NCBI GenBank assembly: GCA_947625575.1
Contig: CANQOV010000001.1
Span: 1,498-65,497, forward strand
Source of the DNA: an uncultured Bacilli bacterium
GTDB lineage: Bacteria > Bacillota_I > Bacilli_A > RF39 > UBA660
DNA length: 64,000 nt
Direction: 5' to 3'
Under the pieces are notes generated by a model that was not told where the DNA came from, did not search any database, and saw only the letters and a list, made by a program, of their open reading frames with translations. A program made the position numbers and the translations under genes. Of the stretch, positions 19,389-28,602 are shown one piece after another (the first letter of the stretch is position 1; each line of letters starts with the position of its first letter).

Positions 19389-21707
19389 ATGAAACAACAA
19401 ATATATATTGATAATTATAAAAATTTAAATAAAAAAATAGATTTTAAAAAATACAAATCAATTTTATTGATTTGTAGTAATTTTATTTTAGATTCATTTT
19501 TTTATGATTACATAACTAAATTGAATTTACCAATACATATTTTTACAAATTTTAGTCCTAATCCTAAATATGAAGAAGTTCTAGAAGGTATAAAAATTTT
19601 TAAAGAAAATAAATGTGATTTTCTTATAGCAGTGGGTGGAGGAAGTGCCTTAGACGTTGCAAAAGCTATCAAAGCTTTTGTGTTTTTAGATGAAAATAAA
19701 AATTATTTAGAGCAAAAAATAGTGCCAAATAATATACCACTTCTTGCTGTTCCAACCACTGCAGGAACAGGTAGTGAAGCTACAAAATTTGCCGTTATAT
19801 ATTACGCTGGAGCAAAACAGTCATTAGAAGATGAATCATTGCTTCCAGATTATGTAATACTTGAGCCAAAGTTTCTAGAAAGCCTACCAGAATATCAAAA
19901 AAAATCAACTCTTTTAGATGCTTTATGTCATGCAATAGAATCATACTGGTCAATTAATGCTACCAAAGAAAGTAGAAAATATGCCAAACAAAGTTTAGAA
20001 ATAATTCTTAAAAACTATAAAGATTATCTAAATAATCCAACAAAAAAATTAAATAGTGAAATATTAAAAGCAGCTAATTTAAGTGGAAAAGCCATAAATA
20101 TAAGTAAAACGACCGCAGCTCATGCCATGAGTTACAAAATAACATCAATATATGGTTTATCACACGGACACGCTGCTGCAACATGTCTTCCACTTGTATG
20201 GAAATATATGTTAAAATACTCTAACAAAGAATTAGATAAAATATTTAATGATTTAGATAAAATATTTAAGACAACTTCACACCAAGAATCTATTAATAAA
20301 TTGTATTCAATCTATGATGAAATAGGATTAAAATATAAAAACATTGTAAATAAAGAGGATTTAGATAAATTAGTGGAAACAGTTAATATAAATCGTTTAA
20401 AAAATAGTCCAGTACCATTAACACAAAAAGATGTGAAAAAGATATATAGTAAATTAGTTATAAAAGAAAACAAAACATTTAAAAAAAGTATTAAAAACGT
20501 CGTAAATAAAATTCCTTTCATCAAAAAAATATTAAATTATCTTTTATTAATAAAAAGGAAAGTAGTATATAAATTTTATAAAATACGTTACAAAACCAAT
20601 GATAAAATAATCATATTTTCATCTTTTTGGAGTAAAAAATATAATTGTAATCCTAAAGGTATATATGAAGCATTATTAAAGAACAAAAAATATAACGACT
20701 ATAAATTTGTTTGGGTATTTAAAAATCCAAAGCAGTACACTTTTTTAAATGATAACCATAATACCACAACAGTGCGTTTATATTCTAAAAAGTACTATAA
20801 ATATTGTGCACAAGCCAAATATTTTATAACTAATGTTTCATTACCTAGTTGGGTAACACCAAAGAAAGATCAAATATATATAAATACTTGGCATGGTAAA
20901 CCAATGAAAAAAATTGGTTGTAATATAGATCACTCTGCTTTACCACCAAAAAAACTAAAAAAGCAAACAAAAGGATTTAAAAGAAATGGCAAAATATTTA
21001 CCTACTTGTTTTCACCAGCACCATTTTTTACAGCACAAATGGCTACAGCCTATGGTCTTGGAAAAGATAGCAAAAAAGTTATTGAAGTAGGCTATCCAAG
21101 AAATGATTTTTTATTCACATATACAGCCAAAGATGCTAAAGAAATAAAAGATAAATTAAATATTAAAGATAATAAAAAAGTTATATTTTATGCTCCAACT
21201 TGGAGAAATTATGAATATGATACTAAAAAATATAGTTATACTTATCAAAATCATCTAGACTTTGATAAATTAATTAAACAACTAGGAAATGATTATGTAA
21301 TTTTATTTAAAGCCCACAATCAAGAAGAGAACAGTGCTGATATATCAAATTATAAAAATGTTATTGATGTTAGTAGTTTTGACGATATTAACGAATTGTA
21401 TATCATCTCAGATTTAATGATTTCTGATTATTCTGGAGCAATCTTTGACTATGCTAACTTACATCGACCAATGGTTTATTACATGTGGGATAAAGATGAA
21501 TATGTAAATGAAAGTCAAGGCATTGACTTTGATTTTAACGAATTGCCCGGAGAAATTGTTACAAAAGAAGAAAATTTAGCTTCTGCTATAAAAAATGCAT
21601 TAAATAATTTTAAGTATGATGAAAAATATAAAAAATTTAATGAAAGATATAATTGCTTAGATGGAAAAGATTGTGGAAATAAATTCATTGAAAAATATAT
21701 AAAATAG
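19389..21707 (+). CDS. Fusion protein: N-terminal iron-containing alcohol dehydrogenase (putative phosphonoacetaldehyde reductase) and C-terminal TagF-like CDP-alcohol phosphotransferase
   Basis: N-terminal …LIAVGGGSALDVAKAIKAF… is the group-III Fe-ADH signature. C-terminal …YINTWHGKPMKKIG… is the TagF-family motif. 772 aa. Confidence 0.6.
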   Translation: MKQQIYIDNYKNLNKKIDFKKYKSILLICSNFILDSFFYDYITKLNLPIHIFTNFSPNPKYEEVLEGIKIFKENKCDFLIAVGGGSALDVAKAIKAFVFLDENKNYLEQKIVPNNIPLLAVPTTAGTGSEATKFAVIYYAGAKQSLEDESLLPDYVILEPKFLESLPEYQKKSTLLDALCHAIESYWSINATKESRKYAKQSLEIILKNYKDYLNNPTKKLNSEILKAANLSGKAINISKTTAAHAMSYKITSIYGLSHGHAAATCLPLVWKYMLKYSNKELDKIFNDLDKIFKTTSHQESINKLYSIYDEIGLKYKNIVNKEDLDKLVETVNINRLKNSPVPLTQKDVKKIYSKLVIKENKTFKKSIKNVVNKIPFIKKILNYLLLIKRKVVYKFYKIRYKTNDKIIIFSSFWSKKYNCNPKGIYEALLKNKKYNDYKFVWVFKNPKQYTFLNDNHNTTTVRLYSKKYYKYCAQAKYFITNVSLPSWVTPKKDQIYINTWHGKPMKKIGCNIDHSALPPKKLKKQTKGFKRNGKIFTYLFSPAPFFTAQMATAYGLGKDSKKVIEVGYPRNDFLFTYTAKDAKEIKDKLNIKDNKKVIFYAPTWRNYEYDTKKYSYTYQNHLDFDKLIKQLGNDYVILFKAHNQEENSADISNYKNVIDVSSFDDINELYIISDLMISDYSGAIFDYANLHRPMVYYMWDKDEYVNESQGIDFDFNELPGEIVTKEENLASAIKNALNNFKYDEKYKKFNERYNCLDGKDCGNKFIEKYIK

Positions 21708-21719
21708 AAAGGGGTATTT

Positions 21720-24149
21720 ATGAATAAAAACATAAAAGTCTCGGTTATCGTTCCGGTGTATAATGTAGAAAAATATTTAGATAAATGTTTAACATCATTA
21801 GTTAATCAAACACTGAAAGATATTGAAATAATTGTAGTAAATGATGGTACCAAAGACAATTCACAACATATTATTGATAAATATACTAAACAATATCCAA
21901 ATAAGGTTTTTTCCTATATTAAAGAAAATGGTGGATTATCTTCTGCTAGGAACTATGGTGTTTTAAAAGCACACGGGGAATATTTAGGCTTTGTTGATAG
22001 TGATGATTACGTTGATATAAATATGTATGAACTTATGTACAATAAAGCTCATAACACTTCATCTGATATTGTTGTATGTGGACTTACTTCAATATATCAA
22101 AATAAAGATACTCTTAAATTTGTCCCTCAAACTGATATTTTTGGCTATTCACTTACAGAAAGTCCAGACATAATGTTGCAGTGTAATTCATATGCTTGCA
22201 ACAAAATTTATAAAAGAAAAATGTGGATAGATAACAACATTGAATTTCCTAATCAATGGTTTGAAGATAGTGCTTTAATATATAACGCTTTATATTATGC
22301 AAATAAAATTGAGGTGGTAAAAGAGCCACTTTACATGTACTTAAGAACTAATGAAAACTCTATTGTTAATACAATTAATCCCAAGATATTTGATATCTTT
22401 AAATCTTGTGATTCATTATTATCTTTTTATAAAGATAAAGGTAATGACTTATATAGAAATGCTTGCAACTTATGTATTTCCCATGTAACAGCAAGATTTT
22501 TATATTTTAAAAATTCTCACGATAAAAAAATTATCAATGATTTTAAAAATAAAGCCAAAGATTACTTTGATAAGCATATTCCAAATTGGGATAGTAGAAA
22601 ATATCAAAAAGAATTACATTATAGACCAAAATTCATAAAAAATGGTATCACATATATAAACAATAAATTTCTTTACGATTTACTAAAAATAATAGAAAAA
22701 ATAAAAAAAGTATTAATAAAAATTGCAAAGAAAATGTTAAGAATTTTATCAAAAATATTTAATAAAAAAAGAGATGTCGCTCCTCTTAAAGATGTATTTA
22801 AAATATTTAAAAAATTAAATATAACTTACTTTTGTGAATTTAACACTTTAATTGAAGTAACAAACAATAAAATGCCAAACAGTAATTCTTTAAATATTGG
22901 TATTATATTAAATAATGATAAAATTAATATTTTAAAATATAATTTACTACAAAAAAATATAATTTTAAAAAAAGAATATTACTACAATAATAAAGTATAT
23001 GCTCAAGATTATCTATACGAAAAATTAAAAATAAGATTTAATTTTTATGAAATAGAAGATAAAAAACTAATAACTTATGTTTTTAAAAAATTAAAAAATA
23101 TCAAATATAAACCATACAAAATAGATGCTTTAAAAATTAAACAAACAATAATAAAAGATATAGAAACAGTTAATATCAATAATATAGAATTTTCCATACC
23201 AAAAAACTATGATGAAATATTAAAAACAGATTATGGATTAAGCTATATTAAATCAAATAATATAAAAGACATAAAAAACTCTGAAATAATAAAAAACAAT
23301 TCTTATTTTAAAAGAATAATAAGTTATAATAATGATGGCATTGATTATAGAGAAGAAAATTATAAAATGCTACAAGAACTACATAAAATAGAGCTTGAAA
23401 TTCTAAAAGAAATAAATAAAATATGTAAACGCAATAAAATAAATTTCTATTTAGGTGAAGGGACATTACTAGGAGCAGTAAGACATCAAGGATTCATACC
23501 ATGGGATGATGATATTGATTTAATTATGCCAAGAGAAGATTATGAAAAATTCTTAAAAATTGCCCCACAAGAAATATCAAAAGATTTTGAAATTCAGCAT
23601 AGTTCTTTAATTGAAAATTATTGGTCTCCTTTTATTAAAGTAAGATATTTAAAAGAAAACAAATTTAAACAAACGCACATTGCACATTTAACTGATCATA
23701 ATGGTCCATTAATTGATATTTTCCCTTTAGATAATGTTCCAAAAAAAGATAGTTTAGGTCAAATGATACAAGCAATAAGAATCAAATTTAACCGAGGGAT
23801 GTTATCATATAAATTAAAAACAAGATTTCCTAAAAAGTGGAAAGGATATATTGTTAAATGTTGTTCTTACTTTGTAAGTGTAAAACATATTCATAAAGTA
23901 TTAAATAAAACTTTTGTTAAATACAACAATAAAAATAATCCATATATTGTTAATTTAGGAAGTTACTATAGTTATAAAAAACAAACACATCCTAAAAAAT
24001 GGTATGCTAAACCACAAATGGTAAAATTTGAAAATTTGACTATGCCAATACCACATGAGGCCAAAAAAATATTATCAAGTGTATATGGCAAATATATGGA
24101 ACTACCACCTGTTGAAAAAAGAGCTATAAAACATCACTTTGATGAATAA
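21720..24149 (+). CDS. Fusion protein: N-terminal GT2 glycosyltransferase, long K/N/I-rich middle region, C-terminal LicD-family phosphotransferase
   Basis: N-terminal …VSVIVPVYNVEKYLDKCL…VVNDGTKDN…GFVDSDD… is GT-A/GT2. C-terminal …GEGTLLGAVRHQGFIPWDDDIDLIMPRED… is the LicD motif. 809 aa. Confidence 0.65.
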   Translation: MNKNIKVSVIVPVYNVEKYLDKCLTSLVNQTLKDIEIIVVNDGTKDNSQHIIDKYTKQYPNKVFSYIKENGGLSSARNYGVLKAHGEYLGFVDSDDYVDINMYELMYNKAHNTSSDIVVCGLTSIYQNKDTLKFVPQTDIFGYSLTESPDIMLQCNSYACNKIYKRKMWIDNNIEFPNQWFEDSALIYNALYYANKIEVVKEPLYMYLRTNENSIVNTINPKIFDIFKSCDSLLSFYKDKGNDLYRNACNLCISHVTARFLYFKNSHDKKIINDFKNKAKDYFDKHIPNWDSRKYQKELHYRPKFIKNGITYINNKFLYDLLKIIEKIKKVLIKIAKKMLRILSKIFNKKRDVAPLKDVFKIFKKLNITYFCEFNTLIEVTNNKMPNSNSLNIGIILNNDKINILKYNLLQKNIILKKEYYYNNKVYAQDYLYEKLKIRFNFYEIEDKKLITYVFKKLKNIKYKPYKIDALKIKQTIIKDIETVNINNIEFSIPKNYDEILKTDYGLSYIKSNNIKDIKNSEIIKNNSYFKRIISYNNDGIDYREENYKMLQELHKIELEILKEINKICKRNKINFYLGEGTLLGAVRHQGFIPWDDDIDLIMPREDYEKFLKIAPQEISKDFEIQHSSLIENYWSPFIKVRYLKENKFKQTHIAHLTDHNGPLIDIFPLDNVPKKDSLGQMIQAIRIKFNRGMLSYKLKTRFPKKWKGYIVKCCSYFVSVKHIHKVLNKTFVKYNNKNNPYIVNLGSYYSYKKQTHPKKWYAKPQMVKFENLTMPIPHEAKKILSSVYGKYMELPPVEKRAIKHHFDE

Positions 24150-24153
24150 AAAT

Positions 24154-24189
24154 ATATTTAGAATAATAAACTAAATATGTTTTTTTATT
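24154..24189 (+). terminator. Putative rho-independent terminator after the GT2::LicD gene
   Basis: ATATTTAG-aataataaa-CTAAATAT followed by GTTTTTTTATT. The stem is AT-rich, so the hairpin is weak. Confidence 0.35.
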
Positions 24190-24368
24190 AAATTTATTTT
24201 AATTTTCTGATTATTTAGTTTTTATCATGTACATAATAAAAAATAGTAACTTCTTTAGAAATATCATACAATAAATATTCAGTGATATTAATCAATAAGA
24301 ATAATATGAAGTCATCAAAAGAATTTAATTGATTTTCATATATAATATGATTATGCCCTGACATATTG

Positions 24369-24397
24369 TTGACAGAGTCCGGGGGGGGGGTTATAAT
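24369..24397 (+). promoter_or_regulatory. Promoter with a homopolymeric G10 tract forming the -35/-10 spacer (candidate phase-variable promoter)
   Basis: TTGACA (24369-24374), spacer GAGTCC+G10+T = 17 nt, TATAAT (24392-24397). RBS AAGGTGG, then ATG at 24432. Confidence 0.5.
24381..24390 (+). repeat. G10 homopolymer (simple-sequence contingency tract)
   Basis: Ten consecutive G in an AT-rich genome, read directly. Confidence 0.95.
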
Positions 24398-24431
24398 AAA
24401 AATATAAATTAGTATATCAAAGGTGGTTTAA

Positions 24432-25220
24432 ATGAAAGAAAAAATATTGTTATTTATACCAATGTATAACTGTGAAAAACAAGTAATAAGAGTTTTAAAT
24501 CAAATAGATAGCGAAGTAGCAAAATATATAAAAGAAATATTAGTAGTAAATAACCGAAGCACCGATAATGGTGAAAAAGCTGTGCTCGATTTCACCAAAC
24601 AAAGCAAGCTTAAAATTACTATAGTAAGAAATGATGAAAACTATAACCTTGGAGGATCACATAAAGTTGCTTTTCAATATGCAATTGATAATGAATATGA
24701 CTATGTAATTGTATTGCATGGTGATGATCAAGGTAATATTCATGATTTATTACCTTATCTTAAAAATGAAGATTATAAAAAATATGATTGTTTACTTGGA
24801 TCACGATTTATAAAAGGATCAAAATTACAAGGATATTCTAAATTTAGAACATTTGGTAATATAGTATATAACTATTTATTTTCTTTTGTAATTCATAAAA
24901 GAGTATATGATTTAGGATCTGGATTAAATATGTATTCTACTGAAATGTTAAAAAGCAATTACTATTTTAAATTCCCAGATAAATTAACATTTAACTATTT
25001 AATGGTATTAGCAATACATTACTATCATCAAAATGTTAAATTTTTCCCAATTACATGGAGGGAAGATGATCAAGTATCTAATGTTAAAATGGTTAATCAA
25101 GCATTTGAGGTTTTAAAAATGTTATTTAAATACATGTTTAATCATGATTATATAAAAAGTGAATTTAGAGATAAACAAGTACGAAAATATACATATAAGG
25201 AAATAAAAAATGACAAATAA
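24432..25220 (+). CDS. GT2 family glycosyltransferase (GtrB / polyprenyl-phosphate sugar synthase-like, soluble form)
   Basis: …LLFIPMYNCEKQV…VVNNRSTDN…VLHGDDQG… 262 aa. Confidence 0.65.
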   Translation: MKEKILLFIPMYNCEKQVIRVLNQIDSEVAKYIKEILVVNNRSTDNGEKAVLDFTKQSKLKITIVRNDENYNLGGSHKVAFQYAIDNEYDYVIVLHGDDQGNIHDLLPYLKNEDYKKYDCLLGSRFIKGSKLQGYSKFRTFGNIVYNYLFSFVIHKRVYDLGSGLNMYSTEMLKSNYYFKFPDKLTFNYLMVLAIHYYHQNVKFFPITWREDDQVSNVKMVNQAFEVLKMLFKYMFNHDYIKSEFRDKQVRKYTYKEIKNDK

Positions 25221-26088
25221 AAGTAAATGGATATATAATTTTATAAATATTGGATTTTTATTAATTACTTTAATATTCTTTTTTCAAAAACGTTTATATA
25301 TCATAAATCCAAATTTTACTATTTTTCAATTTTTCTTACTTGTTTTACTCATAATTTTTATTCACTCTTTAAAGTTTTTTAAACTTTATTTTATCGTATT
25401 AGAAGAAAAAATTCCTTTTAAAAATATGCTGAAAATATATATAAAATCAACTTTTTCTAGCATAGTATTGCCTTTTAAAATAGGAGAAATATATAAAGCA
25501 TATTTAATAGGTCATGAAATAAAAAATTATAAAAAAGGTATTATAGCAGTTCTTATTGATAAATTTTATGACGCAATAATTCTTTGCATATCCTTTATCT
25601 GTTATAGCATAATTGCAAATGTAACATTAACAATAACAACCTGGATACTTTTAATTATAATTATTATGATAGTAATTGTATATTATTCTTTTCCAGGAAC
25701 ATATCGCTATTTAAATCGTTTCTTTATTCAAGGCAAACACTCTAACAGAAACATATACGTTTTGCGTGTTTTAGAAAGTTTAGAAAGTTGTTATACAACA
25801 GCAAAAGAAATGATTTGTGGAAGAAGCCTTTTATTTGTTTCACTTGGAATATTTTACTGGCTAGGTGAATCTGTATTTATTTATTTTGTAGTACATGCTT
25901 ATGGATTATTAATAAATTTTGGAAACGTTGTTTTATATGTTAACGATGCCTTTTTAGGAATAAATAATCCTATTTTTAACGTTTATGTATCTATGTGTAC
26001 ATTATTATTTATAATTGCTATAGCATTTATATATTTTGAAAAATATTTTTTAGGAGGTAACAATGAAAAAGTTAGCAGTCATTTATGA
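25210..26088 (+). CDS. Polytopic membrane protein, flippase-like domain (LPG-synthase TM region / PF03706-like)
   Basis: About 8 TM segments. A …LPFKIGEIYKAY… motif is reminiscent of the PF03706 flippase-like family that commonly pairs with GT2 enzymes. Overlaps the upstream gene. Confidence 0.4.
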   Translation: MTNKSKWIYNFINIGFLLITLIFFFQKRLYIINPNFTIFQFFLLVLLIIFIHSLKFFKLYFIVLEEKIPFKNMLKIYIKSTFSSIVLPFKIGEIYKAYLIGHEIKNYKKGIIAVLIDKFYDAIILCISFICYSIIANVTLTITTWILLIIIIMIVIVYYSFPGTYRYLNRFFIQGKHSNRNIYVLRVLESLESCYTTAKEMICGRSLLFVSLGIFYWLGESVFIYFVVHAYGLLINFGNVVLYVNDAFLGINNPIFNVYVSMCTLLFIIAIAFIYFEKYFLGGNNEKVSSHL

Positions 26089-27484
26089 TGATAGAATAGA
26101 GTCAAATGATAGGATAAAAACAATTATTGGCAATAATAGTTTTGGTAACGTTGTCATAAAAAGAAAAAAATTATTTCAATACATAGAAGAAATAGTAGGT
26201 GAAACACCTGATATACTTTTTGAAAAAATTACAAAAGATAGCAACATCACTTTTGCAGATACCGATGATTACGTATATTTTTATATCAAATCAACATCAG
26301 CAGTAATAGATGTAAAAGAATTCAAAATTATATTAGAAAAATTAAGATACATCAACGAAACTACTAAAGTTATGACTAATGAAAAGATGTCAGGTATAGC
26401 TTTTTGTAATTTTGAATTGTTAAAAGACTTTTTAAAAAATATGACTGTTTCTTCAAAAACTAATCAAATAAATACTGCCTGCTTCTCTGATATATCTTCG
26501 TATGATAATTTATTAATGTATATTTCTAGTGCTTTTGATTCTAGATATTTTAATAGTATTTCAGGGGATAAATATTATGTAGAAAAAAAGAGCAAAGATA
26601 AAAAGAAAATGAAAATGGAATATAGCTATTACTGGTTAATTCCAGAAGAAATGAAAAGCTTTATGGTTTTACCATACGACTATAAAGAAGAAAAAGACTA
26701 TGCATCATATAAAATGGAAAGGATGCCTATGACAGACATTGCTATTCGTTTTACCCATCATGCCGTTGACCTAGATGAATTTAAAAAAATATTAGATAAA
26801 ACTTTTCACTTCTTCAATAGTAGAACTAAAAAAGAAATAACCAAAGAAAAATATATAGAAATGGCTAAATCATTATATATTACTAAAACAGAAGAACGTT
26901 TAAAAAAATTAAAAAGTACTGAAGAATATGAAACATTAAATTTATATATTAAAAATGGCACAAAATTTAATGATATAGAAGAAATTTACCAAGAATATGA
27001 AACAATTTATGAAAAAATGATGACAAAATATTTGAAAAAAGAAAAGAAATTTTATCAAGTAATTGGCCATGGAGATGTTTTCTTTGCCAATATGTTATAT
27101 AGCAAAGAAATAAATTTATTGAGACTTATTGATCCCAAAGGAGCTTTGACAGAAGAAGATTTATATATGAATCCTTATTATGATATTGCTAAATTATCAC
27201 ACTCAATATGTGGTAGATATGACTTTTTTAACACTGATATGTACGACATTACAATAAATAAAGATATGAAACTTGAATTAAATATTGATTTTGATAATAC
27301 ACCTTATATTATGGTATTCAAACAATATTTAGATGACAATGGTTATAACTATTCGTTAACCAGATTATTTGAAGCGAGTTTATTTTTATCAATGCTACCA
27401 CTTCATATAGATAATCCAAGAAAAGTATTAGGATTTATCTTAAATGCTATTACTATTTTACAGGAGGTAAAAAAATATGTATAA
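26063..27484 (+). CDS. Two-domain protein with C-terminal APH/choline-kinase-like small-molecule kinase domain
   Basis: Brenner-type catalytic motif …VIGHGDVFFANMLY… (HGDxxxxN) and downstream …RLIDPKG… The N-terminal 220 aa has no recognisable motif. Confidence 0.4.
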   Translation: MKKLAVIYDDRIESNDRIKTIIGNNSFGNVVIKRKKLFQYIEEIVGETPDILFEKITKDSNITFADTDDYVYFYIKSTSAVIDVKEFKIILEKLRYINETTKVMTNEKMSGIAFCNFELLKDFLKNMTVSSKTNQINTACFSDISSYDNLLMYISSAFDSRYFNSISGDKYYVEKKSKDKKKMKMEYSYYWLIPEEMKSFMVLPYDYKEEKDYASYKMERMPMTDIAIRFTHHAVDLDEFKKILDKTFHFFNSRTKKEITKEKYIEMAKSLYITKTEERLKKLKSTEEYETLNLYIKNGTKFNDIEEIYQEYETIYEKMMTKYLKKEKKFYQVIGHGDVFFANMLYSKEINLLRLIDPKGALTEEDLYMNPYYDIAKLSHSICGRYDFFNTDMYDITINKDMKLELNIDFDNTPYIMVFKQYLDDNGYNYSLTRLFEASLFLSMLPLHIDNPRKVLGFILNAITILQEVKKYV

Positions 27485-27878
27485 TGACATAACTTTAGTT
27501 TTTGATGTAGATGGCACTCTTTGTCCGATTAAAACTACTGATGAAGAATACAAAGACTTAATACCAGATAAAGAAATGGTTGAGAAATTAAAAATGTACA
27601 AAAAAGAGGGTGCCAAAATTATTATATATTCATCAAGAAACATGAGAACATATCAAGGCAACATAGGTCTTATAAATGCTAATACAGCTGTAATTATGCA
27701 AGATTGGTTAAAAAAATGGGATATTCCTTATGATGAAATATATTTTGGCAAGCCATGGGCAGGTAAAAAAGGAATATACATAGATGATCGTTGTGTAAGA
27801 CCTGATGAATTTCTAAATTATTCTTTTGATGAACTTGAACAAATATGTAAAAAATCTAGTAGAGTAAAAGGAGAATAA
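27477..27878 (+). CDS. Small HAD-superfamily phosphatase
   Basis: HAD motif I …LVFDVDGTLCP… and motif IV …GIYIDDR… 133 aa. Confidence 0.55.
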   Translation: MYNDITLVFDVDGTLCPIKTTDEEYKDLIPDKEMVEKLKMYKKEGAKIIIYSSRNMRTYQGNIGLINANTAVIMQDWLKKWDIPYDEIYFGKPWAGKKGIYIDDRCVRPDEFLNYSFDELEQICKKSSRVKGE

Positions 27879-27882
27879 AATT

Positions 27883-28602
27883 ATGCAAATAATTATAACT
27901 ATGGCAGGGTTAGGCTCTAGATTTCGTAAAGCAGGATATGACATGCCTAAATATATGATTGAAGTAAAAGGTAAAACTTTATTTGAGTGGTCTATGTCAA
28001 GCCTAAAAGATTTTAATTCTTTAGAAAAGTTAAAATACATATTCATTGTACGCAAAGAAGACAACGCTAAAGAATTTATCCTAAATAAAATGAAAAATGA
28101 AAAAGTAGAAAATATAAAAGTAATTGAAATAGATGAATTAACTGATGGTCAAGCTACAACAGCATATTTAGCAAAAGATTATTGGGATTCTGATGATGAA
28201 ATGATTGTTTACAATATTGATACTTATGTAGAAGCATATACTATATGTTATAAAGATATTAAAGGTGATGGCTTTATTCCTTGCTTTAATGCCCCAGGTG
28301 ATCATTGGAGCTTTGTAAAAACAGATAGTAATAACAAAGCCATAGAAATAAGAGAAAAAGTAAAAATATCTGATAATTGTACTATTGGATTATATTATTT
28401 TAAATCTTGTAAATTATATGAAAACTTGTATCAAGAATACTACAGCAACAATGACCACTTAGAAAAAAATGAAAAATATATTGCTCCTTTATATAATCAT
28501 ATGTTAGAAAAAAATATGGACATATATATAAATATCTTACCTAAAGAAAAAGTACATGTATTAGGAACACCAGAAGAAGTGGAAGAGTTCAAAAAATTAT
28601 GA
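27883..28602 (+). CDS. Nucleotidyltransferase (LicC / sugar-1-P or phospho-alcohol NDP-transferase-like)
   Basis: N-terminus MQIIITMAGLGSRF… is a G-x-G-S-R nucleotidyltransferase loop. 239 aa. Confidence 0.55.
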   Translation: MQIIITMAGLGSRFRKAGYDMPKYMIEVKGKTLFEWSMSSLKDFNSLEKLKYIFIVRKEDNAKEFILNKMKNEKVENIKVIEIDELTDGQATTAYLAKDYWDSDDEMIVYNIDTYVEAYTICYKDIKGDGFIPCFNAPGDHWSFVKTDSNNKAIEIREKVKISDNCTIGLYYFKSCKLYENLYQEYYSNNDHLEKNEKYIAPLYNHMLEKNMDIYINILPKEKVHVLGTPEEVEEFKKL

